Shown here: piece by piece, positions 49,583-60,860 of the stretch
Numbering within the stretch: position 1 is the stretch's first letter
Layout of the letters: each line of letters begins with the position of its first letter
Assembly: GCA_013239625.1 (NCBI GenBank)
Contig: MU056000.1
Span: 12,289,175 to 12,353,174, forward strand
Direction of reading: 5' to 3'
DNA length: 64,000 bases
Origin: Lama guanicoe
Taxonomy: Eukaryota
Position numbers and translations under genes: made by a program
Notes under the pieces: model-generated
The model's database searches: none
Seen by the model: the letters and a program-made list of their open reading frames with translations, nothing else
What the model was told of the DNA's origin: nothing

Positions 49583-51334
49583 AAGAAATTTGCAACAACC
49601 ACAACCCCTCCCCTCTTTAGTATTAAAGGAGCCTGAATTCTGACTAGGGGAAGATGGTTCTCCAGGACACTAGTCTGCCATCTCTTGGCCCACCAGCTTT
49701 TCAAATAAAGTCGTTATTCCTTGCCCCAACACCTTGTCTCCTGATTTACCGGCCTGTCATGTGGCGAGCAGAATGATTTTGGACTCGGTGACAGATCAAT
49801 TATGAATGGAGATGATTTTTGGAAGGGTAAGGAGCTGGATTGTTCATTTAGCATATTATTTCTACATTTCTGTGTAGAAAAAATAAGTACATTCTTCAAA
49901 GGGTAGAGAAACAGGTAAATATAGAGGAAGGGGCAGAGGTCCGCTCTTTGTTTTGTCAGGACATGTGCTGGTGGTACCCACGGAGCTTCAGTTTGCTTTG
50001 AGTCATTCACATGTCCTTCATCTGGTTATAGCCCTGGGAGTTGGACCCAGTGAAAAATCTCCCATCACAAGCTAAGGTGATCATTTGGTCATATTGAGAT
50101 GAGACAAGCTCAGAGACAGTGGAGGGAAAAATCACCCTGAAGGAAGCCTGGGGGTCGTAACATCCTGCAGGTGTGCTCCACAGTGCATCCAAGCCCCGGG
50201 GCCTCCCAGATGCACAGCATGTGCTGAGGTCATGAAGGTCTCCTGTCAGTCACCTGTGGCTATTTATAGCCATCCACAAAATCTTTTTTTAAGGAAGAAG
50301 AAAATAAAACACACTGGACTGACCTAGGAGAAACATAATACTCCTGTTGAATGTGATGATTTTATTTTTGTATGTGTTCAGCATAAACTATTTCAGCTTC
50401 AGAAGGAAAAATAATGTTATTCCTTGAACACCATTAGGAGGAAGGAGTAAATTGGAATATGTAGACTAAAGCTTTCACAACTGCCAAGTCCTAAGAATTG
50501 GTTCATTTATTCATGGATTCATTCACTCACATTTGCAACCAGTAATTATTAAGCAAATACAAATGCCAGACACCCTGCTCACGGCTGGGGAGACCATTCA
50601 GAAGATTTCATCTCTTCCCTCATGAAGCTTATAGTAGAGGAGGGGAAAGGGAGAGTAAACAAATTTGTTTACAACAGTCAACAAATAATTTTGCTTATAC
50701 TTCTCTAGAAGGAACACGACAAGATATTACAGTGCCATAGCTTAGTGCCATAAGCAACCTTATGTAGGCTAGAGCGTCTGGAAGAGCCTTCCCAGGAAGT
50801 TACATGTAAACTGAGGTCTGAAAAGTGAGTTGAAATTAGATAGGAAAAGGACCAGTAGGAAGAGGGATGGGTGGAACTGTCCAGCTGGAAGGAACAGCAT
50901 GGTTCCTAATTTTCCTGGAATTGGTTGGAAGTGAATTTTAATAGCTCGCCTCTGTGAGTCCTTACTAAGTGCCAAGGTGTGTGCTCAGAGCATTGTGAAT
51001 GTTGTCACACTTCATCCTTTATTGTGCTTCTGGGAGATAAATATTATTACTCTCAGTTGAAGAAATAAGAGACCCAGAGGAATTAAATGACAGTAACTGG
51101 AAGAATTGGAACAAAGGTTTAAGTCCACCTGGTACTTATCACGTTTAGAAGGGAGAAAGAGAGAGGCAAGAAGGAGTAGGAGGTGGTGGGAATCTTTAAT
51201 CTCAAGCCACATTAGCGCTCTTTTCTCAGGCTCCATTCCTGGACTCAGTCCAGCCACACGTGCGGTCCATCTGTCCTGAGTCTGGGACTCCAGTAGCTGG
51301 TGCTAAAATAGACTTCTGTGCTTCTCTAAAGCAC

Positions 51335-51670
51335 TGTCTTAGTCAATTTGAGCTACCATAACAGAATACTATGGATTTGGTGTCTTAAACACAGAAATTT
51401 ATTTCTCACAATTCTGAGGTCTGGGAAGTCCAAAGTCAGGGTGCCAGTATGATTGGGTCTGGTTTGCAGATGGCAATCCTCTTGCTGTGTCCTCACGTGG
51501 CGGAGGGCAGAGAGAAAAGCAAGCTCTTGTGTTGCTCGTTATAGAAAGCATTCATCTCATCACGAAGGCTCTACCCTCAAGTTCTAATTAATTCCCAAAG
51601 GCCCCTTCCCCAAATGCCATCCCAATGGGGAGTAGAGTTTCAAGGAAACCCAAACATTCAGTCCAGAGCA
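51335..51670 (-). mobile_element. MLT1A-like solo LTR
   Basis: tgtcttagtc...gaaatttatttctcacaattctg...caaacattcagtccagagca. Confidence 0.9.
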
Positions 51671-52309
51671 ACTACCCATCTCAAACTCCTGATCTCCAAC
51701 GCTGAGTCTTGCCTTTCAGGTACCGTTTCTACAGCAGTCCTTTTGGGACATCTCCACCCCCCCACCTTCAAGACTGGCTTTGGTGTCTATCAGGTTTCAT
51801 GGCTAAGTGGTGGCGTGTGGTGATGGTCCAGAATAGTGGAGGAAGTAGATGGGAGCGCCACCATGTTGATGATGTGTCTGAGTCATGGACTGATGGAAAT
51901 CGAAACTCAGTTCAGCCCTAAGACTTGAACTTTTAACTCTTGGAAGGAGCAGGCTTCTGTTAAGTGGCTTCTTGAGGAGGGCATCCACCCTCCACAACAT
52001 GAGGCTTATGATATCTGAAACTGTTCATCAACTCAGGGCTCTTAAGGAGCTTGACTTTTCTGGACTATTCATTTCCCGTTAGTTAGAGCAAGGGCTGGGT
52101 AAACAGAGAGATTTTTGTCCAACTGATAAAGGCTCCAACCCAGCAAGACACATGGTGGGCTGGCCCTACCATCATTTATCCAGAAAGCCTTCACCCCTGT
52201 TCAATGTTGGGGGATGAGATCCAAAAGGAAATTCCAAGAAGTGATGTTTGCTCTTGGCTATGTGTGAGCAGTGATATTCTCAAACTAATTCCCAACTTGT
52301 TTTGGTTTA

Positions 52310-52440
52310 CCAGTGCTTTTTAGAATCTGATGAAGCTACGGGCCCTTTTTCCTAGAAAAAGATTCCGCACACAAAATTTTATGTATAATTTTGGGACATA
52401 CAGTCCCATCCATGGCCCAGAGGTTGAGCACATTTGGTTT
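52310..52440. mobile_element. MER103C-like MITE
   Basis: tagaatctgatgaagctacgggccc...cacacaaaattttatgtataattt. Confidence 0.7.
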
Positions 52441-53759
52441 ATACATGGCAGTGAGTAAAGATACCAGGATAGATTGATGACTGTCTCAGAAGATTCTTCT
52501 TTGACACTGGAAGATCCAATTTGGAACAAGTCACGGTGAAAATAATTGATCAATCCATCCCTAGGGATCAGGCAGACTGAATTGATCTTCCTGTTATGCT
52601 GAATTTGGAGACTGTAGTTATGGTCTGTGGGGAAGGGCGATTTGATTTAAACGATATCCTTTAACACAATGCTCACTTGTTAACCAAGGTAGTGGAATAC
52701 CTCCGGAGAACAGCGGAGAGAGAGGCCTTCAGTGGTGTGCTTCAGTTACCTCCCTTCTTACGAGAACAACAGTGAGACACTTGAAAAAATCTTTACCATT
52801 GCTCAACCTGTATGAATTTAAAAACTAGAACTGAAAGAGGAAGTCTAGAAGCCTCGTCCCAACTCCTGTAATTGTTCAATCTTGACACTAAAGGGAAAGA
52901 AAAAGACCACAACGTTACCACTGGCTTTTCCCACCGCCCTAAGACGGCAGTGCCCTTCATAACAGTGAACATCAGTAGCCTGAAAAGGGCCAGCGCTGGA
53001 GCTGTCGACAGTGCCCTGTGTATTTTTATCAAAATTCTTAATTCTCTACCACCTGAGGCCTTAAGCCAGCATGGGGTGCTCAGTACGTGCCTCTCTGGGG
53101 CAGCACCCAGTATCTGTGATTAGAAGCAGGGAGTAGAGGACAGCACTGTTCAGAACAGTCATAAAACTCAAGTTAAACCACGGTGATCTGCCTCTGCCTC
53201 TCCAGGAGAATTATATCACACCCCAAACACACCCTGCCCAAAGTTGTCAGGAATGCTCTGTTTTAGGACATAGACTTCTCTTTTGAAAAAAATATTGAGT
53301 GAAAAGCGTATTACATTTAGTGGCTTTTCAAATGTCAAGGGTGGTGTGTATGTGTGTGAATATGTGACAACTCATCAACTCTGAGCAGGCATTAAGTTGC
53401 AAAGGAGGGTGTTAAACTGTGGCGTTTATGAGAAATCTGTGTAGACACCTGACTACCAATGACGCCAAAGCCCTGGTCCCTACCCGGGGGTCTCCAGAGT
53501 TTCTTTCTCCACCAACTTGTTTAACTCAGGAGCCTGAAGAACTGAGGTGAGTAACAGTTAGGAATGGATTCCCTGAATCAGTCACATGGTTTGTTATGAT
53601 TTCAGAAAGATTTTCATTTCTTACATCCAAGGGTGTAAATATCGTGTGTGTATATATATATACACACACAAATATATATAAATATATGTATTTATGTCCT
53701 CAGTGATAGTTAGAGATTTTTTGCTTTTGACAATCAGCAGATTCTTATTCATCTGCTTA

Positions 53760-53957
53760 CAGTTGGCCCTCCATTTCCCCATGTGTTGGATTTTGCATCA
53801 GCAGATTCATCAGCCTTGCATCCATCCCATCCACCCGCGTTCCATCAGCAGATGAACCCCACTCCCACCCCCATCAATATGAAGGGACTTGTGGTACCTA
53901 CAGGGAGGTTGGGAGTGGGTGCTGGAACAAATCTCCCATGGATATTGAGGGAGACCG
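53760..53957. mobile_element. MER2/MER8-like Tigger MITE
   Basis: TA-flanked TIRs cagttggccctcca...ggatattgagggagaccg. Confidence 0.65.
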
Positions 53958-54169
53958 TACGCTCCTGTTTTTGTCAATTTTCCCATAATAGGGACATGGC
54001 CATGTTTAGCTGAAGTTGGAGGCTGAGCTTATGAAGTGGTATGTTCTGAGTAGTGGACTAGAAATGACCATCTAACACCATATATTCACCAAAAGCTATT
54101 CATTGTTAACAAACTAAGGTCAATGTACGCACAAAGTTGGCAATTTTTTTAAGTTAGCAGGATTGAATG

Positions 54170-54380
54170 GTTCCTGTGGCTAAAATTCAAGATAATTTAC
54201 ATACCATATTATTCACCTATTTAAAGTATACGATTTACTGTTTTTCAGTATATTCATAGGGTTGTACAACAGATCATCACAACCCAATTCTAGAACGTTT
54301 TTATCCTTCCCATAAAAGAGCCCAGCGCCTATTGACAGACCTTCCATATCCACCTTGGGTTATCCCATCACGGTAACTAT
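54170..54380 (-). mobile_element. L1MB-like 3' tail
   Basis: gataatttacataccata..attcacctatttaaagtatac; tctagaacgttttt. Confidence 0.7.
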
Positions 54381-54420
54381 TTTCCTTGAACTTTAGTTTC
54401 TTGAATTTATTTATTAAAAG

Positions 54421-54775
54421 TATTAAACAGTATACACAGCATCAACCATGGCAAAGAGCAATTTTATTTAAGAAAAAAAAAACTTTATTCAGGAATTGCA
54501 ATTCGGGACAAACAAACTATGGGAAACCACAGGCCAATCCAGAGGACAAAGGAGGAGAGCGTTATTTTATAGAGAGAAGGAGGAAATTGAGGGTGGTGTT
54601 TTCAGTAAAAGTTCACTGGAGGGAAATAGGAGTTTGAAGTGGTGATGGCTTCTCATTGTGAGGACAACCTGCTGTTGCCGCCAGAGAGGAAATCTTCCCT
54701 CTTCCTAGAGCTGGACTATGCTTGCTTCCATGGCTTCCCCAATTTTGAGTTAGGTTTGTTTAATACATTTTCACA
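54421..54775 (-). mobile_element. Probable ERV solo LTR
   Basis: Antisense poly(A) signal (tttatt) near the left end, ttttatag TATA, CA terminus, flanks aaag/acag. Confidence 0.5.
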
Positions 54776-55124
54776 ACAGTGTGCTACAAACAGTATAAAC
54801 AGCAGCACACAAACACAGGGCTGTGCTAAGTGATTGACACTGATCATTCATTTAACAGACGTGAATTGAATGACTGTGATATGCCAGGCATTGTTCTGAG
54901 GCTCAGTATGGTCAGGAACAAAACAGACACACATTCCTGCCTGTGTGGAACATAGTAGTGAGGACAGATAATAAACAAGATAAATGTAAAAATACATAAT
55001 ATATTACATGGAGATAAGTGCTCTAGGAAAAATTATTTAAGGAAGAGGAATGAGAGGTGTTACCGTTATGTTTGAATACTGCTACACTGGTATGAAAACT
55101 ATTTGAAAGGAATTATATTTGGGA

Positions 55125-55420
55125 TTTTTCTTTATTGAGATACAATATTTTGAGACATATAACATTATATTAGTTTCAGGTGTATAGCATAACGGTTCAA
55201 CATTTGTATATATTGAAAAATGATCACCATATCCATCAGCACACATAGTTACATATTTTCTTCTTGTAATGAGAAATTTTAAGATTTACTCTCTTAGCAA
55301 CTTTCAAATATACGGTACAGTATTATTAACCGTAGTCACCATGATGTCCATTATATCCTCAGGAATTATTTTAAACTGGAAGTTTGTACCTCTTGACCAC
55401 CTTCGCCCATTTTGCCTCCA
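55125..55420 (-). mobile_element. L1MA9-like 3' tail
   Basis: aacattatattagtttcaggtgta; tttaagatttactctcttagcaactttcaaatatac. Confidence 0.85.
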
Positions 55421-55480
55421 AATGGGATTTTCTTAAAGGGCAATATTAAAAGGGTTTTAAGAGATGGTATTTTGACCCAG

Positions 55481-55941
55481 TGTCAACTGAGAAAAAAAAA
55501 AAACCCAGTCTAAAAGCTGTGAGTTATGTTTTATTCTAGAACCTTACTGAGGACTAAGTAAGGTGATAGCCTCTCAGATAGCGCTGAGAAACTCTTCTGC
55601 CAGGTAAGGGAGGAGCCAGGATATACAGGAGTTTTTGCAGAAACAAAACAAAACATGTAGTTGAACATCGAACAATTACTGCTAATCACGAAAAATAGAC
55701 ACCTTAAATTAACGATGTTAGTGTGTAATGGTTTCTGTTTATGGGAAGAAGCAAGAGTCTGAGCTCACTGAAATTATTCCTTAGATATACATCTTAACTG
55801 TCTAGGGCCAGTATCCTAATTTCCTCCAGCCTGAATCCCCTCTGGGTGCACCATCCGGGGCTGGTGCAGTGGCTGATGGCTTAATGGCAGGCAACATTCT
55901 TTGTTTACTGGAATGGCCAGCAACATTTTTTTTTGTCCACA
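55481..55941 (-). mobile_element. ERV1-type solo LTR (family A)
   Basis: TG...CA termini with perfect TSD ccag (55477-55480, 55942-55945). Confidence 0.92.
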
Positions 55942-56469
55942 CCAGAGATAAGAACACTTAAATCCAGACACTCATTCCCCATGAGATCCTGGAAGAGAAT
56001 TTGTGTGCAGAGAATAAACGTGGAAGAGCAGAAGTAAGAATCACTTCAGTGGTCCCTGGGGTGTGGCTCTGGGTTGTCTGGAGCTTGGCTGGACCCCACC
56101 GGAAAGCTCCTGAAAGCTGTGTGTGCCCGAAAGCCCTAGGACACAGGCTGGCTGCGGTGTGCACTCTGCTGACATTCCTAGGCCTAAACCCCAGTCCTTG
56201 ATCTTCCGGGGCTGATTTGAAGAGGAGCACTCTTGAACGCAGGGGGCTGAGGAAGGGGCAGTTGAAGTGGAAACAGAACTTCCTGCCCCGGGTGTGTTCT
56301 AGGCCTTCTTATCTATTCATTCCACAAATATGCATTGAATACCTGTTATGAGTCATCAATATAATGGCTTCTGGGGGCTTAGGAATGAACAAAGGCCTTG
56401 GGCCCCTGGAATTTATCATTGACTGGGGGAAAGACTTTAAAAATGATTCCAGTAAAGCGCAGTGGCCCT

Positions 56470-56670
56470 GCTGTATAGCATAGTGGTGAAGGGGCCAAGC
56501 GTGGGAGGCAGATGTCTTGGGTTGGCCTCCCACCTGCGACCTTGGGCAACTCAACCTCTTTGTGCCTCACTTTCCACAACTGTAAAATAGAGGTGATGAT
56601 AATGGTATCTACCCCCCTGGGGTTGCTTAGGACAGAGTGAGTGTTCAACAATACTGCAGGAGTTTTCTCT
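56470..56670 (+). mobile_element. MIR
   Basis: gtatagcatagtggt...gaccttgggcaactcaacctctttgtgcctcactttcc..ctgtaaaatagag. Confidence 0.85.
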
Positions 56671-58087
56671 AGTCCAGGAGAAGGAGGGTGCGTTTGCTCG
56701 CAGGTGTCTTCCATGGTGTCCTCAGGGAAGGAAGAATCCACACTCACGGCACTGTCACCTGTGTCCCTTTGGAAGTTCCCAGAACTTGGATGTGGGCCAA
56801 TGTAATTGCCTAGAATTCAACTCACCCTGATCAGCAGTCCTACTCGGAAGTCCAGTGGGTTTACCTTTTTCCTGATTCAACCTGGACAAGGAGATCATTC
56901 AGGAAGGGAGGAGGGGCAGACAGGGGCCCTGAATTTCTCCCCCTTAGGTCAGCATCCTTTATAGGTCAGTATCCTCCTGCTTTTTGTTCTTTTTCCTGAG
57001 ACCACCATAGGCTTGACAGTATTGTGATACCATCAGGTTGAGGGGTCGGGTGCAAATCAGTGCTCTATCATGTAGGTATGGTCCCATGGTTCACATGGTC
57101 CCCACCCCCTCTTTCCTACTGCAGGATTTCCTCCTGAGAGGAAGGAGATTAGGGGGTTCCTTCAAAAAATACCACTTTGATGCTATTCTCAGAAGCTTCT
57201 AAAATACAGCAAGACAGGGCATTGAGTTCTTCATAAAGCCATCCCTGATTCTAGATTAAAAATCAGCCCTCTACACCAATTCCCACATTAAATTACTTTT
57301 ATTTACTCTGGCCAATCAAACCACTAGGCAAAACTAAATGACAAACAAGCCTTATGCTATAAGAATAACTCCAGATGACAGAACACTTGCAATGAACAAA
57401 ACTGAACCATATGAATTCTCTCCCATTATCCAATGAATCTCTTATTCTCCCAGAGAAGCCAAACAACCCAAAGTAAATGTATTTTCATCTTGTTGTCACT
57501 GAAAAAAATTGAAGTCTGGAGAGGGAAGGAAGAAAGGAAAGAAAGAGAGAGAAAGGGAAAAAAAAAAGAAACTTCGTTTTTTTTTTCCATATGGAAATTA
57601 AAATTCCAAACCCCCTTCCTCATTTGTTGTTAAATTTTGAAGACCATCATCCCCATTTTACGAATTAATACATGGAGTTTGGCCAGGAGGCAGCCCAGGA
57701 CCGCCAGCTCCACACGCTTGCTCTTTTGAGCATCAGTCACCCCAGGGAGGCTGCGTATTTCCTCCTGGTCACTTTCCCCGCAGTTTTGGGGGTCAGCCAC
57801 GCCTCAAGTTTGAGGGTGTGCAATTCTCCTGAGGGGTGAATTCCAGTACATATAGTTCCTCTTTAGCTGTGCACATCATATTTAATGAATAATTGAGACA
57901 ATTAACTACTCTAATGGTCATAATTTGGTCTTCTAAAAAATAATTTAAATGGCATTTTTTAGCACAAACGTGGGTCAAAGTTTCAGACTTATAACAACTA
58001 TTATAAAAGCAGCAAATAATAAAATGAGGCACTTTTGATTTGCAAACAAGTGTGAACTTGGGACTCACGGGTGACTTTTGCCGTTTT

Positions 58088-58147
58088 TTTTTTTAATGGA
58101 CTTAGAGGCAGTTTACAATGTTGTGTCAGTTTCTAGTGTACAGCACA
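58088..58147 (-). mobile_element. Very short L1 3' tail with TSD
   Basis: T-run then tttacaatgttgtgtcagtttctagtgtacagca; TSD gacttttgccgtttt (58073-58087) / gacatttgcagtttt (58148-58162). Confidence 0.75.
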
Positions 58148-59180
58148 GACATTTGCAGTTTTGATCAGCTCAGCAGTCAACTTATTTCTTTGTCTTATTT
58201 TGCGTGCACAATATTGAGAAAAATCCCGTCTGATGCAGCCAAATAATAGCAAGTTATAAACATTTTAGAAACACCTCATCTTGCAGTCTCAGGATCCTCT
58301 CCATTCAAATTTGATTCAGAGATTTGGGAGGGGGGTAGCAGGAAATGTTTGTTGCAAAGTTGGATCACTAAGAATATCTTCTTGATTTGTTTTTCATTCA
58401 CTCACGATTGCATAACTGACCATTAGACCATGACTGGAATATGTGTGAACAACATGTCTGGGGCTGGCAGAGTTTTGAAGGGGGGACAATGTGTTGTAGG
58501 CGTAACTCCCTTGAGCAACTCTACATGAACGGACCAGCGTAGGCTCGAACTTTTAATTGATTTTAGCCATTTTAGATGCATACAATTTAATGGCATTGGG
58601 AATATTCACAGTGTTGTGCAACCATCACCGCTATCCCCTACTTTGTTTTTACAAGTTATTTCCAAGAGTCTATGTCTTGCCATTTTGAAAGGGGCACATG
58701 TATACATCAAGCGTGTTAAAGTCACTGCTCATACAATTGCCTAAGTACTAATACCTTAGCTCACATCGACCCTAGCTTTGATTAACCTCTTTAATTTAAG
58801 GTTGCTTTCCCCACACCCCCTTCCTTAAGGTTAGGATTCTTCTGGACTGTCCTTTCCTGGTAGTATTTCCAGAAGATTCAGGACCCTTGAGGATGCTGAG
58901 AATTGGAACATTCCATGTGACCAGATCCCTAGCTAGTGTCTTCAAGACTTAAATTAGCGACCTACCCTAATTTCTTTAGTTAGCATCTTACCTGTTCCCT
59001 GAGCTAATCCTAATGACCTAAAATCTCATCAACTTCTTTCTGAAGAAAACCAGAACATTCACTCCTATGACATCTCCTTTTTTCCCCCTTTTTGTTAGAA
59101 CAGAAAAAAATGGAGAGTCAACTACACTTTTCCTATATACACGAGAAGTAATTGTTGATCAAAAGGTCCCATTTTACCAG

Positions 59181-59590
59181 AATGATCCTCACAAGAGCCC
59201 TAGGAGAATACTATTGTCATCTCTGTTTTACTGTTGATGAGATGAAAGCACAGAGAAGTTAAGCCATCTGTTTCAGGTCACACAGCTGGGTGAGTGCAGA
59301 GCTGGGACACAAGCCCAGGCAGCCAGCTTCAGAGCCCACCCCTGACCACTGGGCCACAGAGCCTCATATTTAAGGACCACTTCTCTTACTGATACCATCA
59401 CGAGTCCTCTCCAGAACTTCAGGGTCAGGGAGGAAATTTGTGTCACCAACAAGAAAGATACAAGTGGACCAAAAGCTGGAGGACTGGGTTTTTGTTCTAG
59501 TACTTTCTCTGTCTTCCCATGTGACTTGGACACACCCCATAGCTCTTTGGGGTCCTACTTCGTTATAAAACGAGAGTGTTACGAGTGATC
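59181..59590 (-). repeat. Left arm of imperfect inverted repeat (MIR, unique segment, second MIR fragment)
   Basis: Reverse complement aligns to 60040-60429; 59292-59326 is perfectly complementary to 60285-60319. Confidence 0.9.
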
Positions 59591-59646
59591 ACCATTGAGA
59601 ACTGAATCTGTGGGCTCAGAGGACACGTGCCGTAGATGAGTTGGGG

Positions 59647-59800
59647 CAGGGCCAGCTCCAAAGACTGGAGGGCCCAGGGCAAGATAAAAATTCAGAGGGG
59701 GCCCTTCTTCTAAAGGTGCTAAAAGTTTAAGACAGGGACAGCAGAGCATCAACCAGATGCAAGGCCCTTCTGAGCTTGTGCCCCCTTATCTGCAGAAGGA
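59647..59800 (-). mobile_element. MER45A MITE in the spacer of the inverted repeat
   Basis: cagggccagct...gggcccagggcaaga...gacagcagagcat...ggcccttctgagc. Confidence 0.8.
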
Positions 59801-60039
59801 ACCACAGCAGCGCGTTTCCGTTGGGGGATCTGGATCCAGAAGCTGACACTGGGGGAGGCTCTTGAGAGAGTTCTTATCAGGAGACAACTCAGCACTTGGC
59901 AAGTCCCGAGATTTCAGCCGGATCCTTATCGTGCTGTAAGCACTGGTGAGTGATGCTCTCAGTGCCTGAGAGTGGGGTGCTGGCTGGAGGGACATTAGCA
60001 GAGAAACCCACATTAAAACTGAGAGCCAGCTTAGAGATA

Positions 60040-60429
60040 GTCATAACTCCCTCATTCTATAAAGAATGTAGGACCCAAGTCATGTAGGGAGATAGAGAAA
60101 GTTCCAGAATTAGAACCCAAGTCTCTACCTCCCAGTCACTGTGTCTTCTTGTCTGTGACACAAATTTTCCCCCAGCCCTGGAGTTCTGGGGAGGAGTCGT
60201 GATGGTATCAGGAGAGAAGCAGTTCTAAATATACACATATAATGAGGGCACTGTGGCCCCGGTGGTTAGGTGGGGGCTCTGGAACTGGCTGCCTGGGCTT
60301 GTGTCCCAGCTCTGCACTCGCTTCGCTGTGTGACCTGGGACAGCTTGCTTAACCTCTCTGTGCTTCCCTCTCATCTGTACTATGGAGATGACAGTAGTAT
60401 TCTCCTCTTAGGACTGCTGTGAGGATCAT
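60040..60429 (+). repeat. Right arm of imperfect inverted repeat
   Basis: gtgacacaaatttt...tcgtgatggtatcag (60155-60211) pairs with 59389-59446; MIR at 60245-60429. Confidence 0.9.
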
Positions 60430-60472
60430 AAGAAGTACTGTACCCAAAGAGATGAACAGAGAATTCAGTACA

Positions 60473-60860
60473 TGTAATAGCCTAAATGTCTGTGTCCCCC
60501 CCATATTCATATGTTGAAGCCCTAACCCCCCAGTGTGGTGGTATTAGGAGGTAGAGCCTTTGGGAGGTCATCAGTTTAAGATGAGCTCATGAGAGTGGGT
60601 ACCCCTGATGGGCTTAGGGTCCTTATAAGGAGAGGAAGAGAGATGAGAGATCTGGGTTGTTATTTTTTTCCCTCTCCACCATGTAAGGACACGGTGAGAA
60701 GGTGGCCGTCTGCAAACCAGGAAGAGAGGACTCATCAGACCCCGAAACAGCCACACCTTGATCTTGGACTCCCCAGGCCTCCTGAAGTGAGAAATCATAC
60801 CTGCTGTTTCAGCTGCTGGTCTGCGGTGTTTGGTTCCAGCAGCCCGAGATGACTGAGACA
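60473..60860 (+). mobile_element. MLT1A-like solo LTR
   Basis: attcatatgttgaagccctaaccccc...ccatgtaaggacacggtgagaaggtggccgtctgcaa...gactgagaca. Confidence 0.9.

Larger units (their letters stand above)
48149..49793 (+). mobile_element. ERV1-type solo LTR (family B), interrupted by L1
   Basis: TG...CA termini with perfect TSD gatc (48145-48148, 49794-49797); homologous to 45048-45546. Confidence 0.95.

Noticed and set aside
45048..49793. Two same-orientation LTRs suggesting a provirus
   Set aside because: Each LTR has its own TSD (gtac/gtgc; gatc/gatc), and the interval holds L2, MLT2 and MIR rather than gag/pol/env.
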